A stretch of 64,000 nt of DNA from a virus. Its lineage: Duplodnaviria > Caudoviricetes. Below are positions 9,958-19,704 of this stretch, in pieces. The stretch is from the IMG/VR virus record IMGVR_UViG_3300037601_000088, positions 83,253-147,252 of that record. One strand, given 5' to 3'. A program made the translations under genes and the position numbers. Numbering within the stretch: the first letter of the stretch is position 1; every line of letters begins with the position of its first letter. Under the pieces are notes generated by a model. That model did no database searches and was not told where the DNA came from. It was given only the letters and a program-made list of their open reading frames with translations.

Positions 9958-10947
9958 ATGTCAAATTCATTTGCAGATTTATTAAAAAATAGAAAAAAAC
10001 AAAACGAAAAACTAAAAGAAAAAATTCAAAAAGCATCAGGTGAAAAAAAAGAAGTAGATGATCGCTTCTTCGATTTAAAAACAATTAAAGATGAAAATGG
10101 TCATGGTAAAGTTCTTATTAGATTTTTACCACCACCCCCAGGAGAAGATTGTGAATTCGTCACATATTTCTCGTATACAGATCAAAATAAAGAAAATGGT
10201 GTATGGTATTGGCACAATAGTCATAAATCATTTGACCCAGATGCCGAAGATCCTGCGTGGGATTATAATGGTAAAATTTGGTCTTCCCCAGATTTAACAA
10301 AAGAAGAAAAGAAAATTAAATCAATTCGCAGAACGAAAAATTTCGTTTCAAATATCCTTATTGTAAAAGATTGGGAAAATCCAGAAAATGATGGTAAAGT
10401 ATTTCTTTATCGTTATGGCCCAATGATTTTCAAAATGATTGAAGAGAGACAAAATCCAACATCTTCTTCAGATTTTGATGAAGCAGCAAATCCATTCGAT
10501 CCTATTGAGGGTTGTAACTTCCTGTTAAAAATTACTCCGAAACAGGTTGGTATGGATACAATGTCTACATATGAAAAATCTGTTTGGAAAGATCCTTCTC
10601 CTATGGCAGATGATGAAGAAGAAATGGAAAAAATTTGGAAGCAATGCTACAGTCTTACTGAATTTATTGATCCAGAAAATACTGACATGTATAAGACATT
10701 GGCTAAACAAAAAGCGGATCTTGCCCGTTATTTAGGCGAAGACGAAGAAGAAGATGATGATAATGTTAAACCTGCAAAGGAAGAAAAATCAAAAAGCTTT
10801 GCTAAAGAGCTAGACGATGATATTCCTTTCAAAGAACCAAAATCATCTAAGGATGATGAAGAAGAGGAAGACGATCTTCCTTTTACCGTTGATGATAGCG
10901 ATGAAGATGACGATGATGATTCATTTTTCGATAAATTTAAGGAATAA
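9958..10947 (+). CDS. 32: single-stranded DNA-binding protein gp32
   Basis: IRFLPP, PENDGKVFLYRYG, NPFD..EGCNF, acidic tail. Confidence 0.95.
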   Translation: MSNSFADLLKNRKKQNEKLKEKIQKASGEKKEVDDRFFDLKTIKDENGHGKVLIRFLPPPPGEDCEFVTYFSYTDQNKENGVWYWHNSHKSFDPDAEDPAWDYNGKIWSSPDLTKEEKKIKSIRRTKNFVSNILIVKDWENPENDGKVFLYRYGPMIFKMIEERQNPTSSSDFDEAANPFDPIEGCNFLLKITPKQVGMDTMSTYEKSVWKDPSPMADDEEEMEKIWKQCYSLTEFIDPENTDMYKTLAKQKADLARYLGEDEEEDDDNVKPAKEEKSKSFAKELDDDIPFKEPKSSKDDEEEEDDLPFTVDDSDEDDDDDSFFDKFKE

Positions 10948-10949
10948 TT

Positions 10950-11399
10950 ATGATGGATCGTTTATTTACTCTTAAGCGATATGCTCAAGAAATCAATGGA
11001 AGACAGTATCGTCAAGAAATTGATTCGGATTTAAGAAGAAGACTTAAAGAAGACGAAGTCGTGGTGCTCTACGGAGCATCCGACGATCTTCTTGAAATCG
11101 ATGGTGTTTTTCAAGAAGAAGTAGGGGCATATGATGGTGGCCTTTTTGAACCCGTCGTATTTGGTAATACAGATTATTATGATTTTGTAGCGTCTGAAGA
11201 AAAACAGTCTTTTCTGGAGAATAATAATTATCCATACATTGATATGGTTTGGTCTCCCGAAAATTCAGATTTTTCATGGATAATTGATACAAATATTCCC
11301 CATGAAAGATTTATCATTTATGAAGATGACGATACTTATTGCGAGGGTGTACTTTTTTATCTGGAAGATTTAAGAAGTATGATAATCGCTTCCAGATAA
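10950..11399 (+). CDS. hypothetical phage protein
   Basis: VVLYGASDDLLE and IPHERF motifs recognised from phage proteins. Confidence 0.65.
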   Translation: MMDRLFTLKRYAQEINGRQYRQEIDSDLRRRLKEDEVVVLYGASDDLLEIDGVFQEEVGAYDGGLFEPVVFGNTDYYDFVASEEKQSFLENNNYPYIDMVWSPENSDFSWIIDTNIPHERFIIYEDDDTYCEGVLFYLEDLRSMIIASR

Positions 11400-11412
11400 A
11401 AGTGTTTTTATT

Positions 11413-11814
11413 ATGATTAGAAATGTGAAAATGATACATGAAATGGCAGCTGATCTTAACAATGATTTTCGCTTTAAGATTGTGGCTGCCATTTTTTTGA
11501 AAAATAAACCCGTTTCATTTGGGTATTGTCATTTGAAAAGCCATCCTTTTCAGGCTTCATATGCAAAGAATGATGATTCTATTTATTGGCATGCGGAAAC
11601 TTATGCAATTTTCAACTCGTTGAAAAGAATCACTAAAAAAGATCTTGAAAAAGCTACCCTTATTGTGGCAAGATCGAAAGAAAATGGTCAGTTTGGTATA
11701 GCTAAACCATGTTGTGGGTGTGTACGTTGTATTTCTGATTATAAAATTAAAAAAGTAGTATATACTCTGGATGATCCATATAATAAAGAGTATGCAATTA
11801 TTGATAATAGGTAA
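11413..11814 (+). CDS. cytidine/dCMP deaminase-fold protein
   Basis: HAE and PCxxC zinc motifs. Confidence 0.8.
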   Translation: MIRNVKMIHEMAADLNNDFRFKIVAAIFLKNKPVSFGYCHLKSHPFQASYAKNDDSIYWHAETYAIFNSLKRITKKDLEKATLIVARSKENGQFGIAKPCCGCVRCISDYKIKKVVYTLDDPYNKEYAIIDNR

Positions 11815-11817
11815 AAA

Positions 11818-12909
11818 ATGCAAGAAGCTTTAGATTTTTCACAAGTATTAATTGAGCCCCGCTATAGTCTTGTTAATTCAAGAAAAGATGTGTCATTAAT
11901 TAATTCTTTTACACTGCCAAATTCAAATCAAATTATTACAGGTGTTCCCATTATTGCATCAAATATGCATTCTGTTGGTAATCTTAAAACGGCTAAAATA
12001 CTTCAAGAAGCTGAAATGTTTACGTGCTTGTCAAAATTTGAAAATCCATTTGAAAATCACTTAGATATGGAAACGGATAATTTTAAACACGGCTATCTTG
12101 CTAGAAAAATGTCACTTACATATTCGATAACTAGAAATAAAGATTTAGATCCTGAATATATAATTCCATCTATTGGTTATGATATGAAAGATTCTCATGT
12201 TAATAGAATTTTTGATAATTTTAATATTGTATGCGTTGATGTAGCAAATGCACATACTCAAAGAATGATTGATTACTGCACTACTTTAAAAAGAAAATAT
12301 TCCGAAAAAGCCATTATTATCGGTAATTTAGCTTCATGTGATTCTACATTAATACAGAAATATATTGATGCTGGTGTGTCAGGCTTTAAAATTGGGATTG
12401 GTTCTGGTTCTATGTGCACAACACGCCTTCAAACAGGAATAGGTGTTCCTCAATTTACACTAATCAGGAATTTTGTTGAAGCACTTAAATATTATCCTGA
12501 TCATCTTATTATTTCAGATGGTGGAATTCAAACACCAGGTGATATTGTAAAAGCTTTTGGTGCTGGTGCTAATATAGTTATGGTTGGTTCCATGTTTGCC
12601 GGTTTTAAAGACAATTCTGTAGCGGACGCAGATGGAAATGTTGAAATTTATGGAATGAGCAGCAATTTTGCCTCAAAACAGCTTGATATTAAAAATCATG
12701 ACCATAATGTATCAGAGGGTAAAGTTGTTCAAATTCCTCAAAAACAAATCACATTAAAAGAATTTACATCTGAAATTAAAAATTGTATAAGAAGCGCATG
12801 CACTTATGTAGGAGCTAATTATATTGGTGAATTAAGTGGAAAGTGTAATTTTATTAAAGTAAATCAACAATATAATAATTCATATGATAAATATACAATA
12901 GGAGATTGA
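11818..12909 (+). CDS. guaC: GMP reductase (IMPDH/GMPR family)
   Basis: PIIASNM, DVANAH, GIGSGSMCTTR, SDGG, RSACTYVGA; no CBS insert. Confidence 0.8.
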   Translation: MQEALDFSQVLIEPRYSLVNSRKDVSLINSFTLPNSNQIITGVPIIASNMHSVGNLKTAKILQEAEMFTCLSKFENPFENHLDMETDNFKHGYLARKMSLTYSITRNKDLDPEYIIPSIGYDMKDSHVNRIFDNFNIVCVDVANAHTQRMIDYCTTLKRKYSEKAIIIGNLASCDSTLIQKYIDAGVSGFKIGIGSGSMCTTRLQTGIGVPQFTLIRNFVEALKYYPDHLIISDGGIQTPGDIVKAFGAGANIVMVGSMFAGFKDNSVADADGNVEIYGMSSNFASKQLDIKNHDHNVSEGKVVQIPQKQITLKEFTSEIKNCIRSACTYVGANYIGELSGKCNFIKVNQQYNNSYDKYTIGD

Positions 12910-12993
12910 TGCGGATTAGACTGGAGAGGTATTTAGGCCCCAGCTCTGGTTCATTCCCAGATGACATAGGTTCAAACCCTATATCCGCAACCA
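12910..12993 (+). tRNA. tRNA-Met(CAU), initiator-like, atypical
   Basis: TGCGGAT/ATCCGCA acceptor, TCTGG-TTCATTC-CCAGA anticodon arm, ATAGG-TTCAAAC-CCTAT T arm, ACCA end. Confidence 0.8.
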
Positions 12994-13004
12994 ATAATTA
13001 TATT

Positions 13005-13436
13005 ATGAAAAATCACAAAAAACGTAAAATTCTTTATTTTGAAAAAGCCAATACACATTGTGTTTATTGTGAAATTCAGATGAAATATGTTGACTTTTCG
13101 GAAGAATGTTGTAATTTACCCAACGCATGTACAATAGAACATATTATACCAAAGTCTAAAGGCGGAACAAATCATATTTCAAATTTAACTTTGGCATGCA
13201 GAAAATGTAATACTACGAGATCTTCAATGGATATTGAAGATTTTAAACTAAAGTCTCGTATTGAAAAACTTGCAAAAAGAAATAAAAAATCACGGTCTTT
13301 GAAAAAAATTGAAAGAAATATTAAAAAATTAAATAGTATGATAAAAAGTGATTCTCAAAATTTTGAGAATTGGTTAAATACGTTGCGATTGCCTAAAGAT
13401 CAAGAAATGTTATTTAAATTTATACATTATGGATAA
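13005..13436 (+). CDS. HNH endonuclease
   Basis: CVYC, TIEHIIPKSKGG, NLTLACRKCN; true start after the tRNA. Confidence 0.85.
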   Translation: MKNHKKRKILYFEKANTHCVYCEIQMKYVDFSEECCNLPNACTIEHIIPKSKGGTNHISNLTLACRKCNTTRSSMDIEDFKLKSRIEKLAKRNKKSRSLKKIERNIKKLNSMIKSDSQNFENWLNTLRLPKDQEMLFKFIHYG

Positions 13437-14598
13437 TATTATGACAAACAAATTTCCAAAAATCGAACGTATGTCTGATGTTTCTGAATTTTATGATTCA
13501 GAATTCTTTACACTTAATGAAAAAGAAATTTTCGGGCATAAAGTAAAATGGTATAACTATCATGTAATATTTTCTGACACTTTTAATAGCGGAAATTCTT
13601 TACGGGATAGTGTTGTTCAAGAGTTTCGTGGTATTACATTTTGCTCAAAAACAGGCAAGCTTTTAAGACGCCCTCTTCATAAATTCTTTAACTTGAATGA
13701 AATACCTTCTACTTTTGAACTAAATTTTAAAAATGGTACATATAACTATAATGACTATATGGCTATGGATAAAGTTGACGGTTCAATGATTTGTCCTATT
13801 ATTATTGGTAATGATATTTTTTGGGGGACTGGAAATCTTGCGACCGAATTTCACGACTATGTTGAGGAATTTTTGATTGATTCTGGTAAAAAAGATGAAT
13901 ATAAATTGTTTGTTAATATGTTAAGTTCATCAGGTCATAGTCCTATTTTTGAATTTACATCTAAGCACAATAGAATTGTGCTTGATTATAAGAAACCTGA
14001 TTTAAAACTATTGCATATTCGTAATAAAAAAACAGGTCAATATGTAAACCCTAAAAATATAGACAAACTTTTAGGAGATACTTTTACTAATATTTCAGTA
14101 TGTCATATCTATAAAAAACCTTTTGATTCTACCCTTGTTCAAAAACTTAGTAAAATGAGTGATATTGAGGGAATTGTTATTTTTAATAAAGGACATATGA
14201 TTAAAATCAAAACTGAGTGGTATTGTAATCTTCACAAGATTAAAGAATCCCTTTCAAATGAACATAAAACCATTGAAATTATTTTAGATGGTAAAATGGA
14301 TGATCTTCTCTCATTAGTGAACGACGACGACGACTATGACTATGTTCTTATGGTTGAAAAAATGATTGAAAATCTTTTTCATTCTACATATCATCGCATT
14401 TTACATTTAGCAAGTCAAAATTTATCTAAAAAGGATCTTGGCTTATCCGATGAAAAACATTTGATTAAAACCGTTATGTTTAGTTGTTGGGATAATTTAT
14501 CCGAGGATAATATCAAAGATATGATTTTTTCTGTAATTAGAAAGAATTTAACTACATTATCTAAATGGCAAAAATTTAAAGAAGAGAATTATTCATGA
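13429..14598 (+). CDS. rnlA: RNA ligase 1
   Basis: EFRG, HKFFN, KVDGS, EGIV, KIKTEWY motifs. Confidence 0.9.
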   Translation: MDNIMTNKFPKIERMSDVSEFYDSEFFTLNEKEIFGHKVKWYNYHVIFSDTFNSGNSLRDSVVQEFRGITFCSKTGKLLRRPLHKFFNLNEIPSTFELNFKNGTYNYNDYMAMDKVDGSMICPIIIGNDIFWGTGNLATEFHDYVEEFLIDSGKKDEYKLFVNMLSSSGHSPIFEFTSKHNRIVLDYKKPDLKLLHIRNKKTGQYVNPKNIDKLLGDTFTNISVCHIYKKPFDSTLVQKLSKMSDIEGIVIFNKGHMIKIKTEWYCNLHKIKESLSNEHKTIEIILDGKMDDLLSLVNDDDDYDYVLMVEKMIENLFHSTYHRILHLASQNLSKKDLGLSDEKHLIKTVMFSCWDNLSEDNIKDMIFSVIRKNLTTLSKWQKFKEENYS

Positions 14599-14710
14599 AA
14601 ACATTAAAAACGTACATGAAGATGCTTAAAGCTTTAGTAAATGGAAAATTAAAAAAAGCGAATAAACTTAGAAATAAATTAATTAAATTAGAATTAAAAG
14701 AAAAATAATT

Positions 14711-14986
14711 ATGAATTACAATAAAAGATCAGAATATGAACATATTGATCGAATGTTGGAAATCTTGACAAATTCTGAAAAACAACAAAAACATACTGAA
14801 ATTAAAAAGGATTCTTTTAATCCTTATATGGCATTGGGTATATTATTTGGGGTATGGTTGATACTATTCACTGTTGGAATTACGTATTCCATATTAGATG
14901 AAAGACCTTCACAGTGTGAAGAAATGGGTGGTACCTGGATTTCACGAGAATCAATATGTGTATCAGAAATTAACTTAACAGAATAA
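14711..14986 (+). CDS. membrane protein
   Basis: One TM helix, CxxxGG.W motif. Confidence 0.55.
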   Translation: MNYNKRSEYEHIDRMLEILTNSEKQQKHTEIKKDSFNPYMALGILFGVWLILFTVGITYSILDERPSQCEEMGGTWISRESICVSEINLTE

Positions 14987-14998
14987 AGGAAATTAAAA

Positions 14999-15256
14999 AT
15001 GACTGAATCAAATATTGCAGCAGCGCAACTTCGTTCCTTAATTGAACGAATTGAGAACCTTGAAGAAGAGAAAAAAGCCATTGGCGATGATATTAAAGAT
15101 GTCTATGGTGAAGCAAAGGCCAACGGGTTTGATTCTAAGGTATTGCGCCAAATAATTAGAATTAGAAAACAAGATCAGGCAGAGCGTCAAGAACAAGAAG
15201 CTTTACTTGAGCTTTATCTTTCTGCGTTAGGTCAATCTGTTGCATCCAATGACTAA
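14999..15256 (+). CDS. gapR: GapR/DUF2312 nucleoid-associated protein
   Basis: [36 protein letters not shown] is the DUF2312 pattern. Confidence 0.92.
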   Translation: MTESNIAAAQLRSLIERIENLEEEKKAIGDDIKDVYGEAKANGFDSKVLRQIIRIRKQDQAERQEQEALLELYLSALGQSVASND

Positions 15257-15452
15257 TGAAAAATTAGATGAAATACCTATTGAGGCAGCAAAAAACATTT
15301 CAAAAAAGTACAATTTTGACCAAATAGTCATTATTGGCCGTAGGGTAGGCTCGCATGAAGCCGTTACTACATACTGTAAAAATAAAGAACATTGTGATGT
15401 TGCTGCTAGAATTGGTAATTATTTAAAATTTAAAATTATGAATTGGGTATAA
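15249..15452 (+). CDS. hypothetical phage protein
   Basis: ORF overlapping the gapR stop. Confidence 0.55.
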   Translation: MTNEKLDEIPIEAAKNISKKYNFDQIVIIGRRVGSHEAVTTYCKNKEHCDVAARIGNYLKFKIMNWV

Positions 15453-15476
15453 TCATAATTTGATTAATTCTCCAAC

Positions 15477-15484
15477 TATAAATA
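15477..15484 (+). promoter_or_regulatory. late promoter for amidase
   Basis: TATAAATA. Confidence 0.6.
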
Positions 15485-15521
15485 TATGTGTAAAAAGCAT
15501 TAATTATAGTTGGAGAATACG

Positions 15522-16403
15522 TTGCTTAAAATTCAAAATGATAAATTAGTTTCAGATGAATTTAAAATTGATTATAGAACAACACATAAAAAATCTTCTG
15601 GAAGACTTAATAAAAAATTCTTAGTTATACATTATACCGCTGGTCTTACCTATGAAGGTGATTTAAGAGTTTTATCAAGTTCAAGTGCTCAGGCATCATG
15701 TCATTTAGTACTTGGTCCTGAGGGTGAAGTTGGCCAAGTTGGCGATTTTAATGATGTTTTATGGCACGCCGGAAGATCTTCATGGAAAGGTTTAAGTGGT
15801 TTAAATCGTTATTCAATCGGTATTGAAGTTACATCTCCTGGTTGGGTTACAAAAGATTCTAATGGGGTTTGGCGCCATTCAAGAGGTTCTGCGATTCCAT
15901 CGAAACACCAAAATCTTTATAATTATGTCAGAGCCCGCCACGAAAATGGTGGTCCTGAAAGATGGTGGGCTGGATTTACTGACGCTCAAAATGAAAGATT
16001 ATTGGATATAGGATCTTTCTTAATGAAAGAATACAATCTTGAAGTTGTCGGCCATGACCAAATTGCACCATCCAGAAAAATTGATCCAGGCCCTTGTATG
16101 TCTGACAATATGTGGAGGCTATTAAGGGGCGGTGGTGATCGTTCAAGCGATGGTCCAGATGTTGGTGATTTTCAGGATAATCCTGATTTATCTCTTGAAT
16201 CTGATAATGAAGTTTCACCAAAAACTAAAAGAGTAATGGTCGATGGTCTTAATTTTAGAGCAGGACCTGGAACAAATTATCAAACTAAAGGTAAACTTCC
16301 AATTAATATTGAAGTAAAAGAATTAAGAAGAAGTGGAAATTGGTCTAAGGTTGAAACGCCAGCTGGTTACATCGGTTGGGTTCATAACGGTTATTTAGAT
16401 TAA
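15522..16403 (+). CDS. N-acetylmuramoyl-L-alanine amidase with C-terminal SH3b domain (endolysin)
   Basis: VIHYT, SCH, WHAG, SIGIE, GH..RKIDPG; LNFRAGPGT..GWV SH3; GGAG SD before TTG 15522. Confidence 0.9.
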   Translation: MLKIQNDKLVSDEFKIDYRTTHKKSSGRLNKKFLVIHYTAGLTYEGDLRVLSSSSAQASCHLVLGPEGEVGQVGDFNDVLWHAGRSSWKGLSGLNRYSIGIEVTSPGWVTKDSNGVWRHSRGSAIPSKHQNLYNYVRARHENGGPERWWAGFTDAQNERLLDIGSFLMKEYNLEVVGHDQIAPSRKIDPGPCMSDNMWRLLRGGGDRSSDGPDVGDFQDNPDLSLESDNEVSPKTKRVMVDGLNFRAGPGTNYQTKGKLPINIEVKELRRSGNWSKVETPAGYIGWVHNGYLD

Positions 16404-16750
16404 CCAATAATATTTTCATACATGGAAATGGCAATTTCTTGCAGGTTGCCATTTCCGCTTGATATAGAAGCTTGGTCTGTAGAAGATCCAATAATTCTTA
16501 ATATTTGTTTCAATGTATTTAATTGAGATGGGGTTATAAAAAATGGAGATGGTTCAATTTGATTTACTGCATACAAACCTTTATTATCGCCACCTCGGAT
16601 CATAATGGTAGATGATGCATTGCCATACACTTTTCCATCAAAATCTATATATGTAACGCCAGAAGGAATATTTATTTCTTCATTAGGTTTACTTTGTGTA
16701 AATTCTATATTAAGAGAAGTAAACCCATAACGGAAATCATTTATGTTCAA
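16400..16750 (-). CDS. late hypothetical protein, possibly degenerate amidase fold
   Basis: Own late promoter at 16781-16788. Confidence 0.55.
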   Translation of the reverse strand: MNINDFRYGFTSLNIEFTQSKPNEEINIPSGVTYIDFDGKVYGNASSTIMIRGGDNKGLYAVNQIEPSPFFITPSQLNTLKQILRIIGSSTDQASISSGNGNLQEIAISMYENIIG

Positions 16751-16780
16751 AAAATTAATACCTTATAATTTACTTACAAA

Positions 16781-16788
16781 TATTTATA
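16781..16788 (-). promoter_or_regulatory. late promoter
   Basis: TATAAATA on minus strand. Confidence 0.55.
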
Positions 16789-16879
16789 CAAATGAAATAT
16801 ATTTAGCAATTCAACACGATCTTGCTGATATGGCTGTGAGAAGTTTTTTCATATATTCATATTACGCAGGAGCACTTCT

Positions 16880-18070
16880 TTGGTAACAATAGAACAATCG
16901 GTTGAAGCAAAAAATTTATACGACGAATTAAAATCTCAAGAATCAGTTGCTAATAAATTAGGAATTTCTAGGCATCAAGTCAAAAAGCGTTTAGATTTTT
17001 ATTATTCAAATCCTGAATCCATAGTCTATAGAAACGCTATAGAAAATGGTATTGATTATAATTCAGTAAAATTTTCATGGATTAAAAATGAAGAAGTTTC
17101 CATGTTTTGGAAACGGGAAGATGATCCTTCCTTTACTTATTTTGATAAACGCCATGAAATTATAGAGGAGATGAAAAAGCATGCTCCCACCTATCCTAAA
17201 ATTCAGAGAAGTATTAAAACAGGCAATTATTGTTTAATTATTGATCCTGCAGATATTCATGTGAATAAATTAGCTCTTGCCAAAGAAACAGGTAAAGATT
17301 ATAATATTAATATTGCTGTTGATACCGTTTACGAAGCAGTAAAAAATCTTGTAAGAACAGCAAGTAATTCATATGAAATAGATGAAATAATTTTTGTTAT
17401 TGGAAATGATGTACTTCACACAGATGATCATAGAGGAAACACTACATCGGGAACTCCTCAGGATTATGAGGCTCCGTGGTGGTTAGCATATCAGTTTGCT
17501 AAACAACTTTATATTAAATGTATAGAGCTTTTCCTTCCAATTGCTCCCGTTTATATTGTTTATTGCCCATCTAACCATGATTGGAAAGTTGGCCAATATT
17601 TGGCGGATAGTCTTTATTCATGGTTTCACAACCAACCCGATGTACGATTTGGTTTTGACCAAAATAATATTTCTATGCTTCATAGAAAATATGTTGTATA
17701 TGGAAATAATTTGATTGGTTTTACTCATGGTGATGGGGCCAAATTACAAGATCTTTCAAATATTATGCAGTATGAAGCCAGAGAAGAATGGGGTAAAACG
17801 AAATTTGCCTATTTCTACACTCACCATCTTCATCATAAAATGACCCACATAAACAACCAGATGGTTGAAAAGGATTACGTAGGTGTGACTGTATTAAGGT
17901 CAAATAGTATGTCAGAGCCTAATAATTCAGTGTATATTGAAACCATAAGAAGTCCGTCATCTCCGGATGGCTGGCACCATAGAAATGGTTATATAAATAA
18001 TACTGCAATTGAAGCCTTTGTTCATCATACTGAAAAAGGTCAAGTTGCCAGGTTCGTAGAGTATACATAA
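16880..18070 (+). CDS. HTH plus calcineurin-like metallophosphoesterase
   Basis: VANKLGISR HTH; ADIH, GND, SNHD, THGD, HLHH motifs. Confidence 0.75.
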   Translation: MVTIEQSVEAKNLYDELKSQESVANKLGISRHQVKKRLDFYYSNPESIVYRNAIENGIDYNSVKFSWIKNEEVSMFWKREDDPSFTYFDKRHEIIEEMKKHAPTYPKIQRSIKTGNYCLIIDPADIHVNKLALAKETGKDYNINIAVDTVYEAVKNLVRTASNSYEIDEIIFVIGNDVLHTDDHRGNTTSGTPQDYEAPWWLAYQFAKQLYIKCIELFLPIAPVYIVYCPSNHDWKVGQYLADSLYSWFHNQPDVRFGFDQNNISMLHRKYVVYGNNLIGFTHGDGAKLQDLSNIMQYEAREEWGKTKFAYFYTHHLHHKMTHINNQMVEKDYVGVTVLRSNSMSEPNNSVYIETIRSPSSPDGWHHRNGYINNTAIEAFVHHTEKGQVARFVEYT

Positions 18071-18295
18071 ATGATAGCAGAAGATAATCCAATTAAAAAA
18101 AGAGAAGTAGACATAGAAGGTATATTTTTTAAAAATATGGAGGAAAATATTGAGTACAGATATCTTCTTCTAGAAGTTTTAAATTCTGACATGGCTATGA
18201 GAGAAGAAGATGAAGGAGAAATTTCTCCCCTTCTTGAAAAAATAAGAAAAACACTTAAAAAGAATAATCTGTTTGATCTAAAGGAACATTCCTAA
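18071..18295 (+). CDS. hypothetical protein
   Basis: ORF in operon. Confidence 0.5.
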   Translation: MIAEDNPIKKREVDIEGIFFKNMEENIEYRYLLLEVLNSDMAMREEDEGEISPLLEKIRKTLKKNNLFDLKEHS

Positions 18296-18759
18296 TGAAT
18301 ATAATAGATAACATAACAAAAATTTTTCCTCTCCTTGAATTTGATAAAAAATATGGAAAGGCTCCTTATTTAAAGGTTAATGTTTCGCCTGAAGACAATA
18401 ATATTGTCGACATTCAATATCTTAGTCAAAATATAGAATGTTATATGGATAATGAGGAGCTTATTGAGGAAATATGGTATAATTTAGGAAGACTTCCTAT
18501 AAAAAATTTTGGAATATTAGATGAAAATTTAGAAAAAGCTGAGTTACAAAAAAATACTTATATTAATAAATGGGTATTAGAAGTGGCTAAAAATACTCGA
18601 AGAGGCGTTGCAGAATTCTTTTATAAAAACCATTATTTATATATAAATCAGAATTCAAAGTTTGATTCTCCTTTAATAATTTGTAAATGGAAAGACAAAT
18701 TTGGTTTATTTATTCATCCTGATTTCCCTAAATATGGATTTAGAGTTTTAGAAAATTAG
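18295..18759 (+). CDS. hypothetical protein
   Basis: ORF in operon. Confidence 0.55.
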   Translation: MNIIDNITKIFPLLEFDKKYGKAPYLKVNVSPEDNNIVDIQYLSQNIECYMDNEELIEEIWYNLGRLPIKNFGILDENLEKAELQKNTYINKWVLEVAKNTRRGVAEFFYKNHYLYINQNSKFDSPLIICKWKDKFGLFIHPDFPKYGFRVLEN

Positions 18760-18834
18760 TGTCGGTGGCGGAACGGTTACGCGGTAGTCTGCAAAACTAC
18801 GTCAATGTGGGTTCGAGTCCCACCCTTCACTCCA
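18759..18834 (+). tRNA. tRNA-Cys(GCA)
   Basis: GTAGT-CTGCAAA-ACTAC arm, GTGGG-TTCGAGT-CCCAC, U73, CCA; two acceptor mismatches. Confidence 0.85.
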
Positions 18835-18848
18835 TCTTTAATAGTTAA

Positions 18849-19376
18849 ATGATAAGTTCTTTTTCTCCATTATTATTTTTAATTCTTTCACTTGTTTCTT
18901 TAAATAATTATTCTACCCCTTTACCAAATATTCACCGGGACGGAACAACCGTTTATTTTGAAGGATCATTCACACTCCCTACTACTGTACATTCTTTAAT
19001 GCACGAAATAGTCTATGAGGGTGAAACAGAAAGACTTGTTATTAATAGTTCAGGCGGAATAATATCATTAACTCTTTATATATTAGATATTCTTTTAGAA
19101 AATGATATAACACTCCATGTTGATAACTATTGCTATAGTTCATGTTTGCTATTAGCTACAGGGGCAAATCAAACTTATGCTGAACATGATTCTGTTTTTA
19201 TGATACATTATGCAATAGATAATTATAATGGAATAAATTTGGAAGCAACAGACTTTTATCAAAGATTTTTGCATTATAATGGTATGAGTAAAAAATTAAC
19301 TGCACATCAACCTGACTTCTTTTTTGGTCCGGAATATGCATTACAAATGAATATTATTAATAAAATATTAGAATGA
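18849..19376 (+). CDS. exported ClpP/crotonase-fold protein
   Basis: Signal peptide, INSSGG, CYSSC, FMIH. Confidence 0.55.
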   Translation: MISSFSPLLFLILSLVSLNNYSTPLPNIHRDGTTVYFEGSFTLPTTVHSLMHEIVYEGETERLVINSSGGIISLTLYILDILLENDITLHVDNYCYSSCLLLATGANQTYAEHDSVFMIHYAIDNYNGINLEATDFYQRFLHYNGMSKKLTAHQPDFFFGPEYALQMNIINKILE

Positions 19377-19383
19377 GGAAAAA

Positions 19384-19704
19384 ATGGAAGATAGAGATAT
19401 AAATGACAAAATTTTAGAAAATTTTATTAGTCTTAAAGTTGAAAATAAAAAACTTTCCAGCTTAAATTTTGATTATGCAAAACAAGTTCAAAAAATTCAG
19501 GAAGATCTTAAAAATTTAAGAAGTGAACTTAGAAATATGTCATATACTATGGAAGAAATCAGAAAATTCTTTATACAAGAATTTCAAGATGAAGAAGCTA
19601 TAGCATTATCTGGAGAATTATTTAAAGATACAAAAGAAATACAAATTTTTAACTTATTGGTTGAAATTGAATGTTATCTTCAAACTGAAGGCTTTAAACA
19701 ATGA
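19384..19704 (+). CDS. hypothetical coiled-coil protein
   Basis: ORF with GAGG SD. Confidence 0.55.
   Translation: MEDRDINDKILENFISLKVENKKLSSLNFDYAKQVQKIQEDLKNLRSELRNMSYTMEEIRKFFIQEFQDEEAIALSGELFKDTKEIQIFNLLVEIECYLQTEGFKQ

Noticed and set aside
12906-13004. N-terminal extension of the HNH ORF
   Set aside because: It overlaps a tRNA gene; the same applies to 59302-59361 over tRNA-Leu
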